Source: Deinococcales bacterium (GTDB taxonomy: Bacteria > Deinococcota > Deinococci > Deinococcales > JAAFIG01). Taken from it: a stretch of 64,000 nt of DNA. The notes under the pieces are model-generated. The model saw nothing but the letters and a program-made list of their open reading frames with translations. It had not been told where the DNA came from and did no database searches. A program made the translations under genes and the position numbers. Positions 48,590 through 57,535 of the stretch are shown here, piece after piece; within the stretch, counting starts at the first letter, position 1; each line of letters starts with the position of its first letter. The stretch spans positions 1 through 64,000 of the forward strand of contig JANNVX010000041.1 in the NCBI GenBank assembly GCA_031414595.1, given 5' to 3'.

Positions 48590-50305
48590 ACGGAAAAAGT
48601 ACATGGTCATACAAGCGGCTTAAAGCCCAGTATTCTTAAACTCTTATCGAATTTGTACCGCCGCAAAGTCCCACCCAATACGGCTGTCACCCCAGAATTG
48701 GCGCGTAGCCTGACCGAACTGTCTTTAGAGATTAACCGCGAGGTTTGTGTGCTGATTGACAGGCGTGGACGGGTCGTGACGGTTTCGGTCGGTGATGCCA
48801 GCCGAACCGAATTTCCCAGTCTGGATCGTGGACGTGAAGCCGAAGCCCGTCTGCGTGGTTTATGGTTGGTTCATGCCCATCCTAAACCTGCGCCGCTTTC
48901 TAAGTCAGATTTATCCACGCTTTTCTTGAACCGTTTAGATGCGATGGTGGCGATTGAAGTCCGCGCCGATGGCTTACCTGGCAACGCACATCTGGCGCAT
49001 TTAACGCCGCCAAACGCCAAAATTGAAGAAGAAGATTGGCGTATTTACGCGCCGCAAAGTGTGCAGAATCTCGAGAACTGGGATATTGCCGCCAATACCC
49101 GCGCTTTAGAAGAAGAATTTACCCGAACCCAGAAGGTACGCGAAACCAAACGTAGCAGCGAAGAACGTGCCATTTTGGTGCAGCTTGACCGTGGTACTGG
49201 AATTAACGCCGAAACTGCGCTCGAGGAACTCACTGAACTGGCTTGGACGGCTGGGGCAGTGGTTGTCTATAAAGAATTGGTGTTCCGTAAATTTGCCAAA
49301 GCCGATACCTTAATTGGACGCGGTAAACTCGAGGAACTGACCAGTCGGGCGTATCATTTGGACGCTGATGTGCTGATTTTTGGTGAGGGCTTAAATCCTG
49401 CTCAGGCAAGGGAAATCGAAAGCGCTACCAATCTTAAAATCATTGACCGCAACCAGTTAATCCTTGATATTTTTGCCCAGCACGCCAGTGGTCCAGAATC
49501 GAAGTTACAAGTCGAACTGGCACAATTGCAGTACATGAAGCCACGTTTACTTGGGCAAGGCACAAAGTTAAGTAAAATTGGTGGTGGTGCGGCTGGCTCA
49601 GGTGGAGCAATTGGCACTCGTGGACCCGGTGAAACCAAACTCGAGCTTGACCGTCGGCGCATCAATGACCGCATCACCTTTTTAGAACAAACCCTGCGTG
49701 ATTTGAATAAACGCCAACAAGAACGCCGTAAAAGCCGTCTGCGAAGCGGTATCCCCAATGTGGCAATTGTTGGCTACACCAATGCGGGCAAAAGCACACT
49801 GCTGAATGCCTTAACCCACTCGAGTGTATTGGCAGAGAACAAACTCTTTGCGACCCTTGCACCAACCAGTAGGCGCGGTTATTTACCAGACTACGGCGAA
49901 ATTGTTTTCACCGACACGGTGGGCTTTATCCGTGAATTACCGACTGACCTTAAACGGGCTTTTCGCAGCACCCTTGAAGAACTTGATGATGTGGATGTCT
50001 TGCTGCATGTGCTGGATGCCAGTGTCGAAGATGCTCTCGAGCGCCACAGTGCGGTCGAGAGTATTTTAAGTGAACTCGAACTCAATAACTTGCCGCACTT
50101 ACTTGTACTAAATAAATGCGACCATGCCGACCCTTTTGACATAGATGTACTCGAGGAACGGCTCGGCGGAATTCGCATTTCTGCCCAGAACAAACAAGGT
50201 ATTCCCGAACTCAAACACGCCATTCTCAGCGCTATTCTTGAGCATCGCGCCCAGTTGCAAGTGCTGTTTATGGAAGAACAACAAGCCAAATTGCAATACG
50301 CTTAA
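48590..50305 (+). CDS. hflX: GTPase HflX (long N-terminal form); probable non-canonical start (ACG 48590 or ATT 48587)
   Basis: LILDIFAQHA, LQVELAQL, GTRGPGETKLE, GYTNAGKS, DTVGFI, NKCD. The conserved-looking EKVHGHTSGLK..LSNLYRR extends upstream of the TTG at 48653. Confidence 0.93.
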   Translation, partial: TEKVHGHTSGLKPSILKLLSNLYRRKVPPNTAVTPELARSLTELSLEINREVCVLIDRRGRVVTVSVGDASRTEFPSLDRGREAEARLRGLWLVHAHPKPAPLSKSDLSTLFLNRLDAMVAIEVRADGLPGNAHLAHLTPPNAKIEEEDWRIYAPQSVQNLENWDIAANTRALEEEFTRTQKVRETKRSSEERAILVQLDRGTGINAETALEELTELAWTAGAVVVYKELVFRKFAKADTLIGRGKLEELTSRAYHLDADVLIFGEGLNPAQAREIESATNLKIIDRNQLILDIFAQHASGPESKLQVELAQLQYMKPRLLGQGTKLSKIGGGAAGSGGAIGTRGPGETKLELDRRRINDRITFLEQTLRDLNKRQQERRKSRLRSGIPNVAIVGYTNAGKSTLLNALTHSSVLAENKLFATLAPTSRRGYLPDYGEIVFTDTVGFIRELPTDLKRAFRSTLEELDDVDVLLHVLDASVEDALERHSAVESILSELELNNLPHLLVLNKCDHADPFDIDVLEERLGGIRISAQNKQGIPELKHAILSAILEHRAQLQVLFMEEQQAKLQYA

Positions 50306-50323
50306 GAGGCAAAAGGCAAAGAT

Positions 50324-51994
50324 TTATTGAGATGGTCGTTTACTCGAGAAAAAAGTCGTCAGCAATAACTGGGCTTCTTTCTCGAGTAAACCTGTTCGGA
50401 TACTAAATTGATGATTCCAATTAGCTCGAGACGCATCTAAGACACTGCCCAGCGCTCCAGATTTTGGGTTTCGGGCTGCAAATACAATTCGTGCTATTCG
50501 AGCTTCAAGGGCTGCACCAAGGCACATCAGGCAAGGCTCGAGGGTCACAACCAAGGTGCAATCAGTCAGGTATGGGGTTTTTAGGGCTTGGGTCGCTAAA
50601 CGTAAGACCTCGAGTTCGGCGTGTTGGGTCATGTCACCCAATTCTCGAGACCGATTATGTGCCTCGGTAATCACCACACCATTGTGCAAAATCACCGCAC
50701 CGACTGGCACTTCGCCTTGAGTTGCCGCGATTTGGGCTTGGGCTAATGCTTGGCGCATTGCCTCGAGTTCAGGGTTTTTGACTGGCGGCAAACTCACATC
50801 GAGTAACGGCGGCTCGAGACCTACAAAAACAATTTTTTGCTCAACCGCAAGCACTGGAATTTGGTCTCGGGATTCTCGAGGAATTTTACGGTCAATCAGG
50901 ACTTGCGACAGTTTTTTAGTCCCACCAGACAAGGTTATAAAATCACCGTTTTCTCGAGTTCGCAAAACCGCCTCTGGAAAAGCCTTTTGCGCCAACATAA
51001 ACGCGGATTCATTGCCCAAACCTCGTAAGGGCGAACCCCCGTGTTCGCCCTGCTTTTGCCTATCGCGTTTGTCTGGGTCAGGACAGACACGGGGGTCTGT
51101 CCCTACGGTTGATGGGTGGACATTGATATTGCCGTTTTGCACAAGACCTGTGTAATTATTTGGTAATGAAATTCTGGTGGTTTGCGGTAACTCGAGGGCA
51201 AGTCTGAGGTTTTCAATATGCTGGTAATCCGTTGGAATACTTCGTTGCTCGAGAATTTTACGAATAGCTCGGCGTTGAATAATGGTTTCTTCGAGTCGTA
51301 AATCAGTCCATTCTGGTAAACTTGAGGCTTGTTCTAAATAAGCATCTTCGTCTCGAGCATTTTGGGCATACCTTGCGAGGCGTTGAACAGCATTCGGAAA
51401 ACGCTCAATCAGGCGTGGCAGTATCTCGAGTCTGACCCAGTTGCGAGTAAATTTGGGGTCTTGGTTGCTCGGGTCTTCACGCCAAGTCAAGCCATGCTCG
51501 AGCAGGTATTTCTCGAGAACAGTTTTTGGAATCCCTAAAAGCGGACGATAAACCCGTGCGTTGCGTGGTGGTATGCCAGTGGCTCTGGCTGTGCCGCGCA
51601 AAAGCTGCATCAGAACTGTTTCGGCATTGTCCTCGAGTGTATGCGCTGTTAAAATTGTTTGGCATGAATTTTTCTTCGCTGTTCGGCTTAAAAATTCATA
51701 ACGCACATTTCGGGCAGCTTCCTCGAGCGACCAACTACGTTTTTCGGCGATGCTCGAGACTAAAATCGTTTCCGTAAAAAATTGAATGCCAAGGTTGGCG
51801 CAAATTCGACCCACAAAATCAGCATCCAAGCTCGAGTTTTCACGCAGGGCATGGTCAAGGTGAGCCACCACAATCTCGAGCTTGGCAGCATGAGCCAAAT
51901 GCAGCAGCGCCATAGAATCCCGCCCGCCAGAAACCGCCAGTAAAAACGGGGCTTTGCACGGCTCGAGTTGCGTTTGAAGGTGTGAAACCAGCAT
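50324..51994 (-). CDS. tilS: Bifunctional tRNA(Ile)-lysidine synthetase TilS fused to tRNA adenosine deaminase (TadA-like) domain
   Basis: SGGRDS, EEAARNVRY, TAHTLEDNAET, RNWVR; C-terminal GEVPVGAV, HAE, LEPCLMC. Start 51994 overlaps the upstream stop (TGATG). Confidence 0.92.
   Translation of the reverse strand: MLVSHLQTQLEPCKAPFLLAVSGGRDSMALLHLAHAAKLEIVVAHLDHALRENSSLDADFVGRICANLGIQFFTETILVSSIAEKRSWSLEEAARNVRYEFLSRTAKKNSCQTILTAHTLEDNAETVLMQLLRGTARATGIPPRNARVYRPLLGIPKTVLEKYLLEHGLTWREDPSNQDPKFTRNWVRLEILPRLIERFPNAVQRLARYAQNARDEDAYLEQASSLPEWTDLRLEETIIQRRAIRKILEQRSIPTDYQHIENLRLALELPQTTRISLPNNYTGLVQNGNINVHPSTVGTDPRVCPDPDKRDRQKQGEHGGSPLRGLGNESAFMLAQKAFPEAVLRTRENGDFITLSGGTKKLSQVLIDRKIPRESRDQIPVLAVEQKIVFVGLEPPLLDVSLPPVKNPELEAMRQALAQAQIAATQGEVPVGAVILHNGVVITEAHNRSRELGDMTQHAELEVLRLATQALKTPYLTDCTLVVTLEPCLMCLGAALEARIARIVFAARNPKSGALGSVLDASRANWNHQFSIRTGLLEKEAQLLLTTFFSSKRPSQ
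51025..51106. repeat. REP doublet inserted in frame inside tilS
   Basis: GTAAGGGCGAACCCCCGTGTTCGCCCTG (51025-52) and CAGGACAGACACGGGGGTCTGTCCCTAC (51079-106); translated as VGTDPRVCPDPDKRDRQKQGEHGGSPLR. Confidence 0.85.
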
Positions 51995-52674
51995 CAGACC
52001 CCCAGAAACCAATAAGGCAAATCTAAATACTGAACCGTAGGGGTTTGCCATGGCAAACCCTGCCCCGAAATTTCGATTTTGGTGTAAAACGGTTCAGCCA
52101 TAATTCCTGTGTTCGGATGCCATTCACGCCCAATACTCACAGCAATGATTAACCCCTGTGCATCTCCAATGGGTGTGAATGAACTCGAGCCTTCGCGGTA
52201 CTTGGGTATGGAAAGAGTTTTTTTTGTCCAATCTGCAAATTCGCTTGCATCTGGTACTGCCATGCCAATTTCTGAGATGCTGAGAATACCTCTCGAGGTG
52301 AATGGTACAGTTTCGTCGTGGTTGAGTTCGTGTCGGGCGATTAACTCGAGGATATTGCCAGCAGGGTCATAAAAATAAATCGCATGGGCGTTCCAATTTA
52401 GAAAATCAGCAATGAAGTCTGACCCGTCTAGTACAATCTCAACTCGAGCCTCGAGCCAAGTTGCTGCCGCTTCTATTTGTTGCTCGGGGATATTAAAAGC
52501 AAAGTGGTACTTAGCGTTTGAAGCTGGTTTCTCGAGAAAGACCAATTCACTCGAGCCAATCTGAATCTGTAAAACACCATTCTCGAGCATCACAGGTAAC
52601 TCCAGAATTTCACCATAAAAAACCTTGAGTGGTGCTAAATCGGTTGTCTCGAGGGTCAAGCGGTGGATGTTCAC
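51994..52674 (-). CDS. VOC family protein (ring-cleaving dioxygenase-like)
   Basis: FYGEIL, YHFAFNIP, YFYDPAGNILELIAR, ISEIG. Confidence 0.85.
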   Translation of the reverse strand: MNIHRLTLETTDLAPLKVFYGEILELPVMLENGVLQIQIGSSELVFLEKPASNAKYHFAFNIPEQQIEAAATWLEARVEIVLDGSDFIADFLNWNAHAIYFYDPAGNILELIARHELNHDETVPFTSRGILSISEIGMAVPDASEFADWTKKTLSIPKYREGSSSFTPIGDAQGLIIAVSIGREWHPNTGIMAEPFYTKIEISGQGLPWQTPTVQYLDLPYWFLGV

Positions 52675-52705
52675 CCACTCAGTTTAGCCTGTTAGAATAC
52701 AGGAC

Positions 52706-54364
52706 GTGAAAAGCGATACGATTAAACAAGGTCCGCAACAAGCCCCCGCTCGAGCCATGCTTCGTGCCATTGGTATTACCGATGCCGAATTTAAGATTCC
52801 GTGGGTCGGGATTATTAACACCTGGACAGAAGGAATGCCCTGTAATTTCCATTTGCGCGACCTTGCCCAAGACTTAAAAGAAGGTTGTAAAGAAGCGGGG
52901 ATTCATCCATTTGAATTTGGTGCGCCCGCCATTTCCGACGGCATCAGCATGGGAACACCGGGGATGCGAGCCAGTCTGGTCTCGAGGGAACTGATTGCCG
53001 ATTGCGTCGAAATCGTGGCTCAAGGCTATATGTATGATGCGATGGTGGCGCTTGTTGCCTGTGATAAAACCAATCCGGGTGGTGCAATGGGCTTAATTCG
53101 AGCCAATGTTCCGGGTTTGGTGCTGTACGGCGGAAGCATTGCGCCAGGTCGTTTGGGCGATAAGAACCTGACCGTGGTCAGTGTTTTTGAAGCCGTTGGA
53201 CAACATGCGGCGGGTAAAATCACCGATGCCGAACTTGATGCCGTTGAACGGGTCGCCATTCCGGGGGCTGGAGCATGTGGTGGTCAGTACACCGCCAACA
53301 CCATGAGCATGGCGCTCGAGGTGCTAGGTTTATCGCCAGTCGGCTACAACAGCATTCCAGCCACTGCGCCTGAGAAAAAAGAAGCCACCCGTAAAGCTGG
53401 TTATGTGCTGATGGACGCAATCAAGCACAACCGAAAGCCGCGTGATTTTTTGACCCGCCAAAGTTTCTTAAATGCAATTGCGGCAGTAGCAGCCACGGGC
53501 GGCAGCACCAACGCGGTACTGCACTTAATGGCAATTGCCAGAGAAACAGACATTCACCTCGAGTTACAAGATTTTGATACGGTCTCGAGGGCAACGCCAG
53601 TCATTGCCAACATGCGCCCGTGGGGGGTGTATACCGCTTGGGAACTCTGGGAGGCTGGTGGAATTCCACTGATTATCAAAAACCTGATAGACGGCGGTAT
53701 GATTGACGGTCATCAAATGACAGTCACAGGTAAGACTTTGGCACAAGAAGTTGAAGGTGTGACTGAAACGGCTGGGCAACAAGTCGTGGTGACAAGGGAA
53801 CATGCTTTTAAGCCAACTGGTGGTTTGTTGGTGCTGCATGGCAACCTTGCTCCAGATGGTGCAGTGCTAAAACTGGCTGGCACAGAACGCCACGAACACA
53901 CAGGCATCGCTCGGGTTTTTGATAACGAACAAAGCGCCATGAAAGCCGTGCTGCATAAACAGATTAACCACGGGGATGTGGTCGTGATTCGCTACGTTGG
54001 ACCAAAAGGCGCACCCGGAATGCCCGAGATGCTTTCAGTCACCAGTGCGATTGTCGGCGAAGGCATTGGCGAGCATGTGGCAATGGTCACAGATGGGCGT
54101 TTTAGTGGCGGCACAAAGGGTTTAATGATTGGGCATGTATCCCCAGAAGCCCAAGTTGGCGGGGCGATTGCGCTGGTGCGTGAAGGCGATATTATCCATA
54201 TCAATTGCGACACGGGTTTACTCGAGTTACGGGTGGATGAAGCAGAATTGGCGGCTCGAGCCAAAACTTGGGTTGCACCTGAACTCGAGTTTAAGACTGG
54301 GCTTTTTGCAAGGTACGCCAAGCAAGTTTCAAGTGCCAAGTACGGTGCAATTCTCGAGGATTAA
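52706..54364 (+). CDS. ilvD: Dihydroxy-acid dehydratase
   Basis: PCNFH, SDGISMG, CDKT, GACGGQYTANTM, GGSTNAVLH, GAPGMPEML, TDGRFSG. Confidence 0.97.
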   Translation: MKSDTIKQGPQQAPARAMLRAIGITDAEFKIPWVGIINTWTEGMPCNFHLRDLAQDLKEGCKEAGIHPFEFGAPAISDGISMGTPGMRASLVSRELIADCVEIVAQGYMYDAMVALVACDKTNPGGAMGLIRANVPGLVLYGGSIAPGRLGDKNLTVVSVFEAVGQHAAGKITDAELDAVERVAIPGAGACGGQYTANTMSMALEVLGLSPVGYNSIPATAPEKKEATRKAGYVLMDAIKHNRKPRDFLTRQSFLNAIAAVAATGGSTNAVLHLMAIARETDIHLELQDFDTVSRATPVIANMRPWGVYTAWELWEAGGIPLIIKNLIDGGMIDGHQMTVTGKTLAQEVEGVTETAGQQVVVTREHAFKPTGGLLVLHGNLAPDGAVLKLAGTERHEHTGIARVFDNEQSAMKAVLHKQINHGDVVVIRYVGPKGAPGMPEMLSVTSAIVGEGIGEHVAMVTDGRFSGGTKGLMIGHVSPEAQVGGAIALVREGDIIHINCDTGLLELRVDEAELAARAKTWVAPELEFKTGLFARYAKQVSSAKYGAILED

Positions 54365-54374
54365 CAAAAACTTT

Positions 54375-54405
54375 AGGGACTCATAAATTCTGAGTATGAG
54401 TCCCT
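54375..54405. terminator. Hairpin between convergent genes
   Basis: AGGGACTCATA-9 nt-TATGAGTCCCT. Confidence 0.7.
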
Positions 54406-54669
54406 TTAGAACCGTAATTTGTCATAATCGCCGTGCGAACCAATCCACCACCAATGCACGGTATCATCCTCGAGTAAACCAACGGCTCTGTACCCTATTC
54501 CAACCCGAACCGAATACATGGGAACTCTTTGCCCAATGCACTTAAAATGCAAACTTGGATGGTTTGGATTTTGTCTAAATAATTGGTAACTGGCTCGAGC
54601 TTGCTTGCGGATTTCTTCGGGTAACTTACGGTACATTGTCCAAAAAGACTCGAGGGTATTTGAGTTCAC
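54406..54669 (-). CDS. RelE/ParE-superfamily toxin-like protein
   Basis: FWTMYRKLP, NPNHPSLHFK, YSVRVGIGYRAVG, WIGSHGDYDK. Confidence 0.8.
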   Translation of the reverse strand: MNSNTLESFWTMYRKLPEEIRKQARASYQLFRQNPNHPSLHFKCIGQRVPMYSVRVGIGYRAVGLLEDDTVHWWWIGSHGDYDKLRF

Positions 54670-54881
54670 AGTTTCTCAAAATCCATTGGTTTACTTTGAC
54701 CCGCTGCTATCTCAGCTTGGATTTTTAATGTCATGGCTTCAAGATAATTTTGCGATTCTGGTGTGGAGGTTTTTAAGCTCCACTCGTGTTCTTCTTCGAG
54801 CCGGGCAATAAAATCCTTGAGCGCTGCCAAGTTTTGTGGTGGCACTGCCGCAATTGCATTTTTTAACTCACTCAAACTCAT
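54666..54881 (-). CDS. Putative antitoxin
   Basis: 71 aa; GTGA overlap with the toxin; TAAACT 7 nt before ATG. Confidence 0.7.
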   Translation of the reverse strand: MSLSELKNAIAAVPPQNLAALKDFIARLEEEHEWSLKTSTPESQNYLEAMTLKIQAEIAAGQSKPMDFEKL

Positions 54882-54980
54882 GTGAAACAGTTTAGCACAA
54901 GAGGTTCGTACTCCTCGAGAATTTTGGCTTTGGGTATTTAAGAAATTCAGGACTCGTTTATTGCCGATGTGCAAACTGGT

Positions 54981-57533
54981 TCATTGCCGATGCTGCCTAA
55001 CCCGATTCAAATTTAGCCTATCCTGACTGAGTTGAATAATCGTGTCGGTCTCGAGTGAATGGGCTACACCCAGCACAGCTTTGGCATAAGCAAATCCAGC
55101 TAAGTGCAATCCAGCCAGGACTTGACTTAGAACTTGCTCGAGCGGTTGGTTCTCGAGTGGTGTGCTTGTTTCGATCAGAACCGCAAATTCGCTGCTGCTG
55201 ACGCGGTAGGTGCGTCCTAATTCGGCAAATTGTTGCTCGAGATGTTGGGCAAATTGTTGTAAAAGTTGTGTGCCAGTGCCTTTACCTGAGCGTTCGTTGG
55301 TGATGATAATACCGTCAAGTTCGATAGAAATAACGTGTAAGGCATGGTCTTGACGCTGAGCGCGGCTGAGTTCATTCTCAAAATCGGCATCAAAGGCTTT
55401 GCGGTTATTCAGACCTGTTAGGGTGTCGGTATAGGCTTGGCGCTCGAGTTGAATGGCACGGTATTCGGCTTGTAATCGGGCTTGCTCGAGGTCGTTAATC
55501 TGTTGGCGCATTTGTTGTTCGTGCGGTTGGGTCGGCTCATCGGTTTCTTCTTCTTGGTTGGCAAGGACATAGAAACTCAAGTCATCTTGTTCGTTGGGCA
55601 ATTCTAGGGCATCTGGGTCGCTCAAGGCTCGAATAGCGGCTTGAATCACACTCGGGTCAAATTGAGTTCCACTACCGCGTTCAAGTTCACGCAAGGCTTC
55701 ATCGGCTCGCCATGCACGTTTGTATGGGCGTACTTGAGTCAGGGCATCGTAGACATCGGCAACTGCCACAATCCGCCCCTCGAGTGGAATCACTTCTCCG
55801 GGCAGGTTATACGGGTAGCCTTGTCCATTCCATTGCTCATGGTGTGAAATGGCAATCCGTTCTGCCATTCGCAGTAATTTTGAACGTCCACCCGACAGAA
55901 TTCTCGAGCCAATAACGGTGTGCTGTTTCATTTGATTAAATTCTTCAAGGCTGAGTTTGGCTGGTTTTAAGAGAATTTCATCTGGAATTCCTATTTTCCC
56001 AACATCGTGCAAACGGGCGGCAAGACGCAGTAAGCGCACTTGTGCATCTTTTTGCCCCAATTGTTTGGCAATCAGTGCCGAATAGTGTCCGACCCGAAAG
56101 GTATGTTGTCCTGTGCGGTCATCGCGGTATTCGGCAGCCACAGCCAAGCGCGTCACCACTTCGATTTGCGATTTCTCGAGTTCAAGGGTGCGTTGTCTGA
56201 CTTTGGTTTCGGCTTCAGTTCGGGCTTGTTGGGCGGTAACGGTGCGAAGTCGGTAGACTTCAGCTTCGTTGCGGGCGCGTTCTAAGTCAAACCGAGCCGA
56301 GATGATACGGGTTTGTTTATCGCGTTCCTCATTAAAAGTTCGGCTTCGCAGGGCATAAAAATGCCGATGGTGCATCAAGGCGGTTTTTTCCTTACCTGTT
56401 GCTTCATAGACCGAGGATAAAACCTCATGGGCTTGAAATTGCCCACGTACACTGCCGACCGCTTCAGCCACGTTTAGGGCAATGTGCAAATACTCAAGGG
56501 CTTCTTGATTCGAGTTTAATTCAAAATGGTCTCGTCCTAAGTGCAGCAATGCTTCGAGTTCTTGTTCACGATCCCTAATACTTCGGGCAATTTCAAGCAC
56601 AATCATATGCTGACTAATCGCTTCTTGGAATTGGCTCAGTTGCCTAAAAACCTGTCCTAAACCATCAAGGGCTGCCATTTGCCCTTGTTGAAACCCCGAT
56701 TCTTTGGCGTACATCAGGGCTTCTGAAAAACGTTCTTGAGCGCGGGCAAAGTCAGCCGATTTACGATCCAATTGCCCAAGATTTAAGATATTGACACAAA
56801 GAATAACCGGGTCGCCTAAACTCCGCGCCGCTTCTAATGCTCTTAAGTAATACTCTTGGGCGTTTTGTAAGTCCTCTAAATGTTCAAATGCCAAACCGAT
56901 ATTGACCAAATTGGTAATCTCGAGTTTGCTATCATCTATTGTTTTTAGCAGCGAATGCGCGTCAAATAAGTAGCGCAATGCCATTTCATACTCGCCTAAT
57001 TTAATATAGGTTAAACCCGTGTTGGTCAGGGTTTTGGTCAATTGCTTATTGTCACCAAGGGTTCTTTGTAGTTCTAAGGTTTGTTGCAGTGCCGTTAAAC
57101 TTTCGGTGTAATGCCCCAGTTGTAACTCAACGCTGGCAATCCCCGAACGGGCTTCGATTTCCAGTTTGATTTGATTGTCCTGTTTGGCATAGGCTAAAAC
57201 TTCAAGAAAATGCTTCTTAGCTTCTTCAAAACGCCCAAGCTGGCGTTCAAGTTGCGCCACTTGCAATAAAGATTGAAACGCCAAGTCAAATTCTTCTAAC
57301 CGGCTATACTGACGTGCCGAACGGTACAAAAATCCTCGCGCTAAACGCAGTTCGCCTTGTTGACGTTCTAACAAACCTAGCTTTTCGAGCATTACGGCTC
57401 GAGCCACTGGCTTATTTTTTGTTTCTATAAACCATGAACGCAGTGCAATTCGAGCTTGACTGCGTTCCAGTGGCTTTAATTCTGCTTCAAGCCAGACTTG
57501 TACTTCAAGTAGTGCAGATGGAAAGGAAGTCAT
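54981..57533 (-). CDS. TPR-repeat HD-GYP phosphodiesterase with degenerate GGDEF domain
   Basis: Many TPR-like repeats; HDVGKIG, HHEQWNGQGYP, VADVYDAL, RPYK; TDTLTGLNNR followed by SSSEF in place of GGDEF. Confidence 0.9.
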   Translation of the reverse strand: MTSFPSALLEVQVWLEAELKPLERSQARIALRSWFIETKNKPVARAVMLEKLGLLERQQGELRLARGFLYRSARQYSRLEEFDLAFQSLLQVAQLERQLGRFEEAKKHFLEVLAYAKQDNQIKLEIEARSGIASVELQLGHYTESLTALQQTLELQRTLGDNKQLTKTLTNTGLTYIKLGEYEMALRYLFDAHSLLKTIDDSKLEITNLVNIGLAFEHLEDLQNAQEYYLRALEAARSLGDPVILCVNILNLGQLDRKSADFARAQERFSEALMYAKESGFQQGQMAALDGLGQVFRQLSQFQEAISQHMIVLEIARSIRDREQELEALLHLGRDHFELNSNQEALEYLHIALNVAEAVGSVRGQFQAHEVLSSVYEATGKEKTALMHHRHFYALRSRTFNEERDKQTRIISARFDLERARNEAEVYRLRTVTAQQARTEAETKVRQRTLELEKSQIEVVTRLAVAAEYRDDRTGQHTFRVGHYSALIAKQLGQKDAQVRLLRLAARLHDVGKIGIPDEILLKPAKLSLEEFNQMKQHTVIGSRILSGGRSKLLRMAERIAISHHEQWNGQGYPYNLPGEVIPLEGRIVAVADVYDALTQVRPYKRAWRADEALRELERGSGTQFDPSVIQAAIRALSDPDALELPNEQDDLSFYVLANQEEETDEPTQPHEQQMRQQINDLEQARLQAEYRAIQLERQAYTDTLTGLNNRKAFDADFENELSRAQRQDHALHVISIELDGIIITNERSGKGTGTQLLQQFAQHLEQQFAELGRTYRVSSSEFAVLIETSTPLENQPLEQVLSQVLAGLHLAGFAYAKAVLGVAHSLETDTIIQLSQDRLNLNRVRQHRQ

Positions 57534-57535
57534 GG

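Noticed and set aside
50324-51994. TilS-TadA fusion as a novelty
   Set aside because: To my knowledge this fusion is already annotated in Deinococcus/Thermus genomes; only the REP insertion is reported as a finding.
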